A DNA stretch of 35,111 bases, filler included, from Candidatus Woesearchaeota archaeon (GCA_047603125.1; 2 parts of 2 records of this genome joined end to end with filler, not necessarily neighbours in it); one strand, 5' to 3'. Shown: positions 1 to 9,108, counted from the first letter of the whole stretch. Notes: a model not told the origin generated them from the sequence alone. Translations and numbers: made by a program.

Positions 1-69
1 TGTGAGAGGTATTTGGAAAAATACAAACAAAAAATGAAAAGCTATAAAAACATGCGAGGTTTAACATAG

Positions 70-513
70 ATGAATATTAATCGAATTCGTAAAGCAGCGT
101 ATCAATGGGTCTCACAAAGACCGGCCAATGAACTCTATCTCTTATTTTCAAAACCAATTAGGCAAAGAAACCTTCGAAGATTTTTAGACGAAGGCATAAT
201 TAGCGAGTCAGGAATGGAAACTGCACTGGCAAAATCTGCAGGTCTTCAAGCAAGACTAGATTTACGTCACGTACTTGCTCATCAAATCAGACCAGACCAT
301 CTTAGCTACCCCGAATTTCTCGCATATGGAATTGAAAATGGCATTTTACCATCTCGCGACATAAACCGAATCCGTTTTGATCACGGTGACACTGCGAGTT
401 CTTTTGCCAAATACTACAGTAAACCAAACCTTCCCAGGCATATGCTCAACTATATCCTTATAGACAGAGCACACATTCCCGAGGATAGCCACTACTGCTC
501 ATGTTCAGTATAA
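70..513 (+). CDS. Hypothetical protein (147 aa)
   Basis: ATG ORF preceded by BRE/TATA-like AAAAGCTATAAAAA about 20 nt upstream; no family recognised. Confidence 0.7.
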   Translation: MNINRIRKAAYQWVSQRPANELYLLFSKPIRQRNLRRFLDEGIISESGMETALAKSAGLQARLDLRHVLAHQIRPDHLSYPEFLAYGIENGILPSRDINRIRFDHGDTASSFAKYYSKPNLPRHMLNYILIDRAHIPEDSHYCSCSV

Positions 514-535
514 CGTTTTAAGAAATATACCCTTT

Positions 536-576
536 GCAAAGAGCGATCGCTCTTTGCGCGCAGGAATTGAACCTGC
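536..576. other. Perfect 22-bp palindrome (536-557) next to a tRNA T-arm-like hairpin (560-576, minus strand), between convergent genes
   Basis: GCAAAGAGCGATCGCTCTTTGC is self-complementary; the minus strand reads GCAGG-TTCAATT-CCTGC. Confidence 0.7.
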
Positions 577-664
577 TTAGGGAATCAGCACATGGCTTTG
601 ATTTATTTTTACCCTTGCATCCTCTTGATGCACATGGCATTTTTTCTTTTTTAGAGGATTATGA

Positions 665-1009
665 TTATTGATTTGTCTGCGAAGTCTTGCTAATATCCTC
701 AATTGAGCGAAGTGCCTTATCAATAGCTAATATCTGCTCATCAAAAACCTTCTCTGCATCTTTAATTTGTTCCTTCGTATTATGAAACTCCTGCAGCGCT
801 CTCTCAATGTCTAATTCTTTTTGCCTCTGCTCTCGTTTAATATCTTCTTGAATATCTTTTTTCCAATTCGTCAGTTCTTTTTTTAGCTTATCAATATATT
901 GCTCTTTGCGCTTCACGTCTTCTTTTAAGCGAGAGCGATTGCTCATTATATCCAACTTTTTTGTTGTGAGCCGTTCTACAATACTATATCTTGATTGACT
1001 TTCTGCCAT
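665..1009 (-). CDS. Coiled-coil hypothetical protein (114 aa)
   Basis: K/E/Q-rich heptad pattern; upstream TATA-like ATTTAAAT suggests a leaderless start. Confidence 0.8.
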   Translation of the reverse strand: MAESQSRYSIVERLTTKKLDIMSNRSRLKEDVKRKEQYIDKLKKELTNWKKDIQEDIKREQRQKELDIERALQEFHNTKEQIKDAEKVFDEQILAIDKALRSIEDISKTSQTNQ

Positions 1010-1073
1010 AAACTACTATAAGTGCAACCGATATTTAAATGTATATGAAAAAAAAAGGGTTTACCCCTCCAAA

Positions 1074-1352
1074 TCATCGCGCATATACGCCTGTCGCATA
1101 TGCTCTTGCACGTTCAACAGCCTTTACAGTCCGGTCTATAAATGCTACTCCCTCTGTTCCCCTATACTCAAAATGCAACTCATCTAACACATCAACAGCA
1201 CCACGATAATCTCCTGCCTTCCACGCAGCACCCACCTCTGTTCGAAGCTTTTTCCACTCACTCTGAGTTAGCTCAGTTAGTGTCGGGTTCATTTGCCCAT
1301 TTTGTGGTTTTGGTAATACATATCCTGGATAATATCCGTCCAATAATTCCAT
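1074..1352 (-). CDS. Hypothetical protein (92 aa; probable start ATG 1352, not TTG 1379)
   Basis: SD-like AGGAG about 7 nt upstream of ATG 1352. Confidence 0.65.
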   Translation of the reverse strand: MELLDGYYPGYVLPKPQNGQMNPTLTELTQSEWKKLRTEVGAAWKAGDYRGAVDVLDELHFEYRGTEGVAFIDRTVKAVERARAYATGVYAR

Positions 1353-1424
1353 TTTTTCTCTCCTTTCCTGGGCAAACAAAACGATAAAGAATCAACGCAT
1401 GCAAGCCCAGGAATTTCCTGTGCT

Positions 1425-1490
1425 TTACGCACGCACGACTACAATGACTGAGACAATCTTCTTACTTGCAATCATTGTAGGCATGGACAT
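1425..1490 (-). promoter_or_regulatory. Putative leader peptide MSMPTMIASKKIVSVIVVVRA (21 aa) with a downstream attenuator-like structure
   Basis: Hand translation; TATA-like CTATAAAAA about 16 nt upstream of the ATG; Ile/Val run before the stop; alternative hairpins at 1365-1436. Confidence 0.5.
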
Positions 1491-1552
1491 ATTATTGTTT
1501 TTAATGTTTTTATAGTTTTTGGTGAACAAGGCTTCATCCAATAATTGTTTTC

Positions 1553-1631
1553 AAAAAAGAGCACGTAGATTAGGCTCAAGAGTCCCACTTTGAAAATCAT
1601 GCGAAAATTTGGTTGCAAGGTGCTCTTTTTT
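1553..1631 (+). repeat. Dispersed structured repeat, copy 1
   Basis: Ends AAAAAAGAGCAC...GTGCTCTTTTTT; shares GCTCAAGAGTCCCACTTTGA with the copy at 16034. Confidence 0.85.
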
Positions 1632-1634
1632 CTT

Positions 1635-1765
1635 ATTGAGAGTTTCGCGGGTACAATACCCCGGACTTTAGTCCGCAAACTCTCAATTCAAAAGTTCGCG
1701 ATTAGGTGAGAAGCGTAATACCCTGTCTCTTTAGGGCGGGGAGAGCTTCGAGCAGCGAACTTTTG
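1635..1765. repeat. Two tandem nested palindromic modules resembling IS200/IS605 end hairpins or REP elements
   Basis: ATTGAGAGTTT...AAACTCTCAAT encloses CGGACTTTAGTCCG; CAAAAGTTCGC...GCGAACTTTTG encloses CCCTGTCTCTTTAGGGCGGGG. Confidence 0.65.
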
Positions 1766-1838
1766 TTATTTTTTGGATGGAGCTGGTGAATAAAAAAATC
1801 ACAGCATTAATAAAACCCTACAACAAAAAACATACAAT

Positions 1839-2327
1839 ATGGAAATTTCACTTACAAAAGTCATACTTGGAACCATATTTCTCTCTGCACTCATATACAT
1901 ATCATTTGCCTTCTTTTTTGTTGATATTGCTGTAGAAAGAAGCGATACACTCTATAGCACAAACTTCTTTGATCAATCACAAAGAGAAATTGACTTACAA
2001 ACACGCGCAAGCAGACTCATGGCACAGCGTCATGTAGGAGTTGTACTAGAAACAGCAACACTCACATTTAATACAACTCAGAGTAAACGACTCTACTATG
2101 TTGTTGACCCCGCGCGTGTACAAGCAAGAGAACCAACAGTGCAGTGCTTTGATGAGCAGCAACAAGCCGCCCCTGTTGAAATTACCATCAATCCTAAAAT
2201 GTTTGAAAGCCGACCCTATCTTAATTTTGTCACCATTCAACCTGAGATTTTACACAATCAAACATATGCATGCCTATTTGAAATGAGCCCTGCAAAAGAA
2301 GCGTTTATTGTGATTACTCAGAATTAA
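1839..2327 (+). CDS. Membrane-anchored or secreted hypothetical protein (162 aa)
   Basis: N-terminal hydrophobic helix followed by a beta-rich domain; TATA-like TTAATAAAA upstream. Confidence 0.8.
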   Translation: MEISLTKVILGTIFLSALIYISFAFFFVDIAVERSDTLYSTNFFDQSQREIDLQTRASRLMAQRHVGVVLETATLTFNTTQSKRLYYVVDPARVQAREPTVQCFDEQQQAAPVEITINPKMFESRPYLNFVTIQPEILHNQTYACLFEMSPAKEAFIVITQN

Positions 2328-2856
2328 ATTTTTCTCGATACATTCTCTGTGCTTCTTGAATAGATTTACACGCTTCGTCTTTTCCAAGTACTTCAAAAAT
2401 TTTCACTTCTTTTTTTTCCAGCATCTTATATGTTTCTAAAAAATTACGAAGCTCAGCCATATAATGTTTTGGAAGAGAGTCCAATGTGTTAAAATCTCTA
2501 TAGCGAGGATCTGCAGTATGAACCGCAATAATCTTATCATCAGCCTCTGAATCATCAACCATTCGAATCACACCAAGAATTTTTATTTTACACAGACATA
2601 AAGGAACGACCGGACTATGTGTGAGAATAAATACATCCAATGGATCGTCATCATACCAGAGTGTTTTTGGAATAAAGCCATAATCAGCAGGATAATGCAC
2701 TGCCGAATACATAAATCGATCTAATTTGAGTAATCCAGTTTCTTTATCAAGTTCGTATTTTTTTGTAGAATGTTTTGGAATTTCTACAATCGCATTACAG
2801 ATGTATGGTGCTTGTTCACCGATCTCTACATCATGCCAAGGGTTTTCAATTGCCAT
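2314..2856 (-). CDS. ppa: Family I inorganic pyrophosphatase
   Basis: NPWHD, VEIPK, KYELDK, LDR, YPADYGFIPKT, DDDPLD and DDKII motifs; probable start MAIENPW. Confidence 0.97.
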   Translation of the reverse strand: MAIENPWHDVEIGEQAPYICNAIVEIPKHSTKKYELDKETGLLKLDRFMYSAVHYPADYGFIPKTLWYDDDPLDVFILTHSPVVPLCLCKIKILGVIRMVDDSEADDKIIAVHTADPRYRDFNTLDSLPKHYMAELRNFLETYKMLEKKEVKIFEVLGKDEACKSIQEAQRMYREKFNSE

Positions 2857-2895
2857 TTGCCACACATCGCTTCACGAACTTTAAAAAAGTATCGG

Positions 2896-3708
2896 TCACC
2901 ATGTTGCCAACTCTAAAGAAACCGCAAAATAAGAATCTAAAAATGCTACAATATATGTATCAGTATAAGCTGTTGCATAACCAAATTCAGCATGCAATTG
3001 TGAAACTAATGCATCACGCGCATCCTCCACGCTCCATCCATCATTGAGTCTTTGCACATATACTCCGTGAAAACCCGATAACGTTTCTTGATACTGTTCA
3101 AAATTGCGCTCATGTGTGCGTAATGCACGAAGAATTTCAGGCAAATCACGCTTTGCACTAAAGGATCGTTCATAATACAATGCATGTTTAACTGAACTTG
3201 ATGATTCTTGCCAACGATTGCGAGTGTCATAAATACGATGAACCGTTAAGGGTTTTGCATTTACAGAATACAAAGAATCTTTTGCAAAAACAAGAAAGCC
3301 ATTATTATCATCATAGACCATGTCTGAATCAAAAGGAGAATTTAGTGGTCGAAAATAGGAATTCTGAACTTGTGAGAGTTTTTGGAGATAGTCTCGCTCT
3401 AAACGAGAAAGACAGCGCTCATCTAATACTATTCGCTGCCGATTCTCTAAATCCCTATAGATGTAACACGGATTCCAATAATCAAAAAACGAAACATTTT
3501 CTACTGAAATATCAAATACCGCATCGGTGTGAAACTGAATAAAATTCGCAAATAAATCTAACTCAATAATTTTTACACCAACAACATTTGCTTGCGGTCT
3601 CACTGAAACATCTTGGAATATATAATACCCGGCCACGCTCACCAAAACAATGCCAAACAAAGTCAGCAATATAAAAAAAACAAATCCTTTTTTATGTAGA
3701 CGCCTCAT
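2896..3708 (-). CDS. Pilin-like protein with class III signal peptide (270 aa)
   Basis: HKKG followed by a hydrophobic stretch; ATGA overlap with the upstream gene. Confidence 0.75.
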   Translation of the reverse strand: MRRLHKKGFVFFILLTLFGIVLVSVAGYYIFQDVSVRPQANVVGVKIIELDLFANFIQFHTDAVFDISVENVSFFDYWNPCYIYRDLENRQRIVLDERCLSRLERDYLQKLSQVQNSYFRPLNSPFDSDMVYDDNNGFLVFAKDSLYSVNAKPLTVHRIYDTRNRWQESSSSVKHALYYERSFSAKRDLPEILRALRTHERNFEQYQETLSGFHGVYVQRLNDGWSVEDARDALVSQLHAEFGYATAYTDTYIVAFLDSYFAVSLELATW

Positions 3709-4175
3709 CGCGCACCTCGCAATGTACCTATACGCAATTGATAATAATACTCACTTGAAAAACCCACCAATGAAACTTTTTCATAATACATACAAGGATT
3801 GCCAGAAAAGGTTTCATAATTTATTCGCTTCGGATTTCCCATTTGGCGCGTATGATACCAACGATTATCCTCATCAAATCGATATTTAGTAATTCGCGCA
3901 CAACCCGATTCACCAACAAGACCTTTCACCGCATCAACAAATTCATCCTCGTGAACGTCTTTGAAAAAATGCTCCAAATATACTTGAGAATAAATTGCAA
4001 ATGTTTTATGATACTCATCAACAAAATTTGCTTGAGAACGCTGTGTGTCTAACGAAGATGAAGAAGTTGTCGCGATGAAAAAAAAGACGACAAGAAATAC
4101 CAAAACAAATACAAGTATACTAATAAGTAAAGGTATAAATGATTCAATCCCACCCTTTTTATGACGCAAAGACAT
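3705..4175 (-). CDS. Pilin-like protein with class III signal peptide (156 aa)
   Basis: HKKG/GIESFIPLLISILVFVLV. Confidence 0.78.
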   Translation of the reverse strand: MSLRHKKGGIESFIPLLISILVFVLVFLVVFFFIATTSSSSLDTQRSQANFVDEYHKTFAIYSQVYLEHFFKDVHEDEFVDAVKGLVGESGCARITKYRFDEDNRWYHTRQMGNPKRINYETFSGNPCMYYEKVSLVGFSSEYYYQLRIGTLRGAR

Positions 4176-4572
4176 ATGTTAAAACCACCTCTTGTTTTTG
4201 ACCATTCTCTAAATAATATGTTCGCTGCACAGTGCTTGCCGTGTAAGCACTACTTGTAGCAGTCATTGGGAAAAAATTCGTAAAGCGCTGCTCATTAATA
4301 TAATACGTTTCTATGCGTTCCCCCTCGATAATGCGTAAGCGTAAAATGACATCCCCCACAGTATTTTTTAAAGCAGGTTCTGTAATTCTCTGTGTTTGTA
4401 AGACATTTTGATGCTCAAACTCATGGAAAAAACGCAAACTATACATTTTTGCCAATGTATCTGAATCATCATAGGGAACAACTTTTCCTTGCGCAAGTAC
4501 AAATACAATTAAACCCATAAGCACAAAAAAATAAATAATACGCAAAATATCAACAACAAGTTCGTCTCCCAT
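4159..4572 (-). CDS. Membrane-anchored protein within the pilin-like operon (137 aa)
   Basis: N-terminal TM helix without a basic leader; overlaps both neighbours. Confidence 0.7.
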   Translation of the reverse strand: MGDELVVDILRIIYFFVLMGLIVFVLAQGKVVPYDDSDTLAKMYSLRFFHEFEHQNVLQTQRITEPALKNTVGDVILRLRIIEGERIETYYINEQRFTNFFPMTATSSAYTASTVQRTYYLENGQKQEVVLTYVFAS

Positions 4573-5306
4573 TATCGACTCACCTCTTCAAGTGCTCGAA
4601 CCAAAGCCGTTCGAACATTTTCTCCGTACACATTCACACTTCTTTGAGAAGAAAAATAAAGTTCGCTTGATTCTGCTGATGAAAATGGCAACAAAATGAG
4701 CTGTATTCCAGATAATGATAAATGTTTTTGTAAAGAGCAAACTAGCGACTCATCAGCAGTGGAAAGAAACACCGAGCTATGTGAATTTTCCAAATGTTTT
4801 ACGTTTATAAAAATCTCATGCAAACCATCTTGCTCTATTCCCAAATATTGTGTATCATTAACCTTAAACTGATTATTTGATTGAATACAATCTTGCAGAT
4901 ATAATTGTCTATTTATATGATATGAACCAGTATCATAGAGGTGTATTTCATCCGATCGTCTGGTTATTCCTACTGAAGACTGTCGCTGATGATTTTCTTC
5001 AACAATTAGTTTTGATGGAAGTGTTAACTTTTGTCTTGCAAAACTTTGACCTCTAAGCACATATAATGAATCGTCTTCAATACTCACATTAATTTGTGAG
5101 AGTGGTTGAAAATAAACCGCTACATTTCCTTGCACAGACCCGACTGCCTCTAAAACATTTGCTATATCTTTTGCTTGAAATGGCAATTGGTGCGTCGTAT
5201 TTGCACCTTGGGATATGACAAAAGCAGTACTCAAACCTATTATTAACGCAAGAATAACCAACCGTGCAACTAAATTCCAAATCCGTATTTGTGCTTTTTT
5301 GTTCAT
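4572..5306 (-). CDS. Pilin-like protein with class III signal peptide (244 aa)
   Basis: MNKKA/QIRIWNLVARLVILALII. Confidence 0.8.
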   Translation of the reverse strand: MNKKAQIRIWNLVARLVILALIIGLSTAFVISQGANTTHQLPFQAKDIANVLEAVGSVQGNVAVYFQPLSQINVSIEDDSLYVLRGQSFARQKLTLPSKLIVEENHQRQSSVGITRRSDEIHLYDTGSYHINRQLYLQDCIQSNNQFKVNDTQYLGIEQDGLHEIFINVKHLENSHSSVFLSTADESLVCSLQKHLSLSGIQLILLPFSSAESSELYFSSQRSVNVYGENVRTALVRALEEVSR

Positions 5307-6239
5307 CTATCTTCTACTACCTAATTGAATTGTTAAGTTAAAACCATTTATCATTTCATGATATTGAAAATCACTTGAGCGTGCAACCGGTTGGCAGTTA
5401 TATGTTGAACCAGAGGGAAGCATTTGTTCATAAATTTGATCAATTGTTATTTTAATACAGGATTTACCAACAAATAACTCTGAATTTCTCCAAATTCTGT
5501 CTAATTCAAGAGTATTAATTTGTGACCGTATACTTTGATTATGTCCCGGCTCTAACTCAGTTAAGATTTGACGAATTGATGTTCGACCCGTAAAAAAGCC
5601 AGCAACAAATGTTTCCTCCGCTACTTGTTTTAATTGATCGCTAATAATAGTCCGGACATCGCCTACTTGATCTTGTTGCTCTTGACGATCAAGCTCAGAA
5701 CTTTCTGTTGATATTCGCACATGATAAATACTCCCTTCACGATGTATAGTTAAAAAGTATGGCTCCAGAACAGAAACTGTTGTTCGAAGGCTATTATAAT
5801 TTGTCCACGTTAGCGTCTCAGGAGATGTTTCTAATGTAATATTCATAAATGAATCTAATGAACGACAATCCACTCTTCGAGGATTCTCATCAGCTGTATT
5901 AACACCCTCGTGGCGATATAAACATAAACGAGAATGATATTCTTGTCCACGAAATGAACGCCCTTTCTCTGCTCGAATTTCATAATTTGGCATAAGTGCA
6001 AGTGGTATAATGATTTTAAAAGGTTCAGACGTGTCCATGTAGTCTCGATAAACCGCACGAATATCATCAATTTCACTTGCTAAATTCTTTAAGGAAATAA
6101 GTTGCGGATCAGTACTGCCAAACATATCCATTAAATTTGCAACAAAGGGAACAAAGAGTGCTATTGCAACTGCTGAAACTACTAAGAAAATAACAAACTC
6201 ATGAACCGCTATCGATGCTTTCTTGCTCACTCGAACCAC
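5307..6239 (-). CDS. Pilin-like protein with class III signal peptide (310 aa)
   Basis: SKKA/SIAVHEFVIFLVVSAVAIALF. Confidence 0.78.
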   Translation of the reverse strand: MVRVSKKASIAVHEFVIFLVVSAVAIALFVPFVANLMDMFGSTDPQLISLKNLASEIDDIRAVYRDYMDTSEPFKIIIPLALMPNYEIRAEKGRSFRGQEYHSRLCLYRHEGVNTADENPRRVDCRSLDSFMNITLETSPETLTWTNYNSLRTTVSVLEPYFLTIHREGSIYHVRISTESSELDRQEQQDQVGDVRTIISDQLKQVAEETFVAGFFTGRTSIRQILTELEPGHNQSIRSQINTLELDRIWRNSELFVGKSCIKITIDQIYEQMLPSGSTYNCQPVARSSDFQYHEMINGFNLTIQLGSRR

Positions 6240-6432
6240 CTCCTAAACAATCACGCGGATTTTCAATACAATCTTTTGCTTGCTGGCTCATTCCGTCCGT
6301 GACATTTGACACATCGCCACCCACATCACTTGACAAAGTTACCATCATATATGTTGCAACCAAAAGTGTTACAATAACTAAAATAATAATAACCAGCGTA
6401 CTCAGCGATAATTCTACCCCACGTTTATTCAT
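6199..6432 (-). CDS. Short type IV pilin-like protein (77 aa)
   Basis: MNKRG/VELSLSTLVIIILVIV. Confidence 0.85.
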   Translation of the reverse strand: MNKRGVELSLSTLVIIILVIVTLLVATYMMVTLSSDVGGDVSNVTDGMSQQAKDCIENPRDCLGGGSSEQESIDSGS

Positions 6433-7231
6433 TTTCCCACCTGTTCACAATCTCATCACATTCTCTAGCAATATCGAGAGGATCCTCATATGCTATTGCA
6501 AAAATTCGCTCAATATCCTCAAATTCAGTATAATCGCGAGATGAAAAAAACCGTAATCGATTAACAAGATTAACATACGTATTTACAAAATGAATTCGAT
6601 TCGTTCGTTGATAAATAACAGCCACTCTTTCTGAAACAGGATATTCCAAATCAACAAAGCCGCCCGAATGTGTATGCGACATCATATATTGAGGCAACGA
6701 CACATCATCTTTAAATGGTGTAACCGAGAAATACTGTCCCCCATTTTGCATTTCATCTCCGTATCGATCAATAGTATTTGAATCAAAAGAGACAATTGAG
6801 CAAACCACACAAAAACGCTTATCTAAACTTGCAAATGGATTAAAGTCACGAGAAAATAATGGATTTTGCCCATCTAAAACTTTATTATAGCACTGTTTCT
6901 TTTGTTCATACATAAATTTGTCCAATGCTAATTGTTCTTTTGGACGCTCAAAGGTATCCAGTTCATCATCGCTTACAAATGGTGCTCGATAATCAACTTC
7001 AGTAATCGGACATTTATAACGTATCAACTCAATTCCAAGCGCGTCTGTAAGCGCAGTTCTTGAAGCATGATTGAGTACTGCATTTTGCTGACAAGTAATT
7101 ACATCCGGATGCAGTGATTGAGAAACTCCTAATAGTCGAACCTGTATTAAAAAAAGTGCAAGAAAAGAAATGATAACGACAATTAAACCCACTAAAACTG
7201 TTGAACTCAGCGAAAAACCCTTTTTTTTCAT
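6425..7231 (-). CDS. Pilin-like protein with class III signal peptide and Cys-containing domain (268 aa)
   Basis: MKKKG/FSLSSTVLVGLIVV; FCVVCS motif shared with 7386-8471. Confidence 0.82.
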   Translation of the reverse strand: MKKKGFSLSSTVLVGLIVVIISFLALFLIQVRLLGVSQSLHPDVITCQQNAVLNHASRTALTDALGIELIRYKCPITEVDYRAPFVSDDELDTFERPKEQLALDKFMYEQKKQCYNKVLDGQNPLFSRDFNPFASLDKRFCVVCSIVSFDSNTIDRYGDEMQNGGQYFSVTPFKDDVSLPQYMMSHTHSGGFVDLEYPVSERVAVIYQRTNRIHFVNTYVNLVNRLRFFSSRDYTEFEDIERIFAIAYEDPLDIARECDEIVNRWENE

Positions 7232-7377
7232 GGGCGCACCCCTGCAATCGTATCAATAATGGATAACCCTTGACCTGTTGCTGAGAAAATTAAAAAAGCC
7301 ATTATAATGAGTGCTATAATACATAAAATAATCACAGCGAGAACATTCCAACTCAATTCAACTCCTTTTTTTTGCAT
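7228..7377 (-). CDS. Minimal pilin-like peptide absent from the ORF track (49 aa)
   Basis: Hand translation MQKKG/VELSWNVLAVIILCIIALIIMAFLIFSATGQGLSIIDTIAGVRP; ATGA overlap with the next gene. Confidence 0.85.
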   Translation of the reverse strand: MQKKGVELSWNVLAVIILCIIALIIMAFLIFSATGQGLSIIDTIAGVRP

Positions 7378-7385
7378 GCTTCGAC

Positions 7386-8471
7386 TCATCGAACATCACC
7401 ATAATTATTAGCAATATAATCGCACTGTGCATTTAATTCCATATACGGAACTATTGCCACCCCATATCCAGGATAGTGGCGAGTAACTTGCTCGTCGTCA
7501 AAAAAATAATCAATTCCCATTACAATTCCTTGTGCGGCAACTTCTGTAAGAACAATTCCTCCAACAGTACCAACACCAAAAGTTACACCACCAAGAACTG
7601 CACTTGTACCGTAACCAATTGCCCGAACTGCCCCACTAATACCAACTCGAATAAGTATTCGACGAGTTACATATGTCCCAATAAGGGCAGAAGCAGAGCG
7701 CGTTTGAAGCTGATTCATAAAATCCCTGTCATATTCATGTTGTTTAAAATACACAACCGCATGTGGTGTATCAAATGAATACGTATACCCATCATCAGGC
7801 GTAAAAAAAGGATTTGATTGGTTTCGTCCTTGTGATACAAGCTCAAACACACTTTGGTCTTCTCTTGATGCTCGATGATTTTTCAAATATTCAACTGCGT
7901 CATATTCATCACCAAATTCACTTGTCATCTCAGGATCAAAAATAATTCTCGAACAGACAACGCAAAAGCGAGGGGGACCTGCTATGGGAAATACAGAACC
8001 CGTTTCTAATGCACTCACATAATTTTCGATCCAATTTCTTCCTCCCTCTCCCTTAAGCAATCGCGCATAGACTGGAAATAATTCTCTATGTCCAGTTTTT
8101 GCCCAACACGACTCAATCTCAGTGGCCAAAAATTTTTCAAAATTATACAGCTCAGGATCGATATTTTGATATCCTCGCTCTTCAAGAGATTGAACTCGTG
8201 ATTGATCTGCAGGATTGAGTTGATGATCTAATTGAGAAATATAGTGGGTTTGTGCTGGACAAGAAAATTCATAATGCGTACGAGCACCAAAATATTCTAT
8301 AATTTCGTTCACAGTTCCACGAAGCTCCAATTCCTTAGAAAACGCAGACATATGACACATTGCATCATCACGCTGAGATACAATTGTTCCATAGAGTCTT
8401 CCAGATATGACAACTAAAGATAAAATAATTAAAACCAGTACTAAATATTGATACATCCCTTTTTTTTTCAT
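7386..8471 (-). CDS. Pilin-like protein with class III signal peptide and a Gly-rich hydrophobic segment (361 aa)
   Basis: MKKKG/MYQYLVLVLIIL; SCWAKTG, FCVVCSRIIFD; GTSAVLGGVTFGVGTVGGIVL. Confidence 0.82.
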   Translation of the reverse strand: MKKKGMYQYLVLVLIILSLVVISGRLYGTIVSQRDDAMCHMSAFSKELELRGTVNEIIEYFGARTHYEFSCPAQTHYISQLDHQLNPADQSRVQSLEERGYQNIDPELYNFEKFLATEIESCWAKTGHRELFPVYARLLKGEGGRNWIENYVSALETGSVFPIAGPPRFCVVCSRIIFDPEMTSEFGDEYDAVEYLKNHRASREDQSVFELVSQGRNQSNPFFTPDDGYTYSFDTPHAVVYFKQHEYDRDFMNQLQTRSASALIGTYVTRRILIRVGISGAVRAIGYGTSAVLGGVTFGVGTVGGIVLTEVAAQGIVMGIDYFFDDEQVTRHYPGYGVAIVPYMELNAQCDYIANNYGDVR

Positions 8472-8644
8472 AGTCGCGCAAAATATTGCATAATAATCGT
8501 TCCAAGTACGACCGCACTAATAATGACTAAAACAATAAAAACAAGCGTCATGAGTAATTGATTTGATGCAGCCTTTTTCATAGAGACATTTTGGCACTTT
8601 TACTTTAAAAAGACTCTGGTTTTCAGAGGTTTGTGTAAAATGAG

Positions 8645-8754
8645 AAAAAAGAGCACCTTGCAGTAAAGTCAGAAAATTTGGTGATTGTCTGTAACTGAAT
8701 TTTCGTGTGATTCTCAAAGCGGGACTCTTGAGCAAAATCTGCGTGCTCTTTTTT
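8645..8754 (-). repeat. Dispersed structured repeat, copy 2
   Basis: Minus strand AAAAAAGAGCACGCAG...GCTCAAGAGTCCCGCTTTGAGAAT...CTGCAAGGTGCTCTTTTTT. Confidence 0.85.
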
Positions 8755-8825
8755 AAAAAACAATTATTGAAGAGGATAAGAGGATAAAGAAAAAATTAAA
8801 ACCTACAGTGCCTTGATGTACTACA

Positions 8826-9101
8826 CTACTCCTCAGAAGAACCGCCAATCCTATCCATGATAGAACTCCCACTCAAACAACACTCTTCATTTTCGTTACG
8901 GCAGCTTGCACTTGAGACTGTTCCATCACATGTACCTTCGGTAACACAATCTCCAACACGAGTCTCACATGCAGATAAATCTTGCCGTAAATAGCCAGTA
9001 TTACTTAAAAAAATAAATGTCAGAACAACAAGCACAACAAGCAAAATAACCGCAACAACGACAACTTGCAAACTCAACTCCGCTTTTTTGTACCCCATCA
9101 T
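8826..9101 (-). CDS. Small pilin-like protein with Cys-rich tip (91 aa)
   Basis: KKA/ELSLQVVVVAVILL; six Cys ending in CC. Confidence 0.85.
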   Translation of the reverse strand: MMGYKKAELSLQVVVVAVILLVVLVVLTFIFLSNTGYLRQDLSACETRVGDCVTEGTCDGTVSSASCRNENEECCLSGSSIMDRIGGSSEE

Positions 9102-9108
9102 AAACTCA

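Noticed and set aside
553..640. Complete tRNA gene
   Set aside because: Only a T-arm is present; no matching acceptor 5' strand, D-arm or anticodon arm was found.
1472..1678. 68-aa ORF (likewise 8517-8735 and 12946-13140)
   Set aside because: Chance frames across the dispersed repeat copies.
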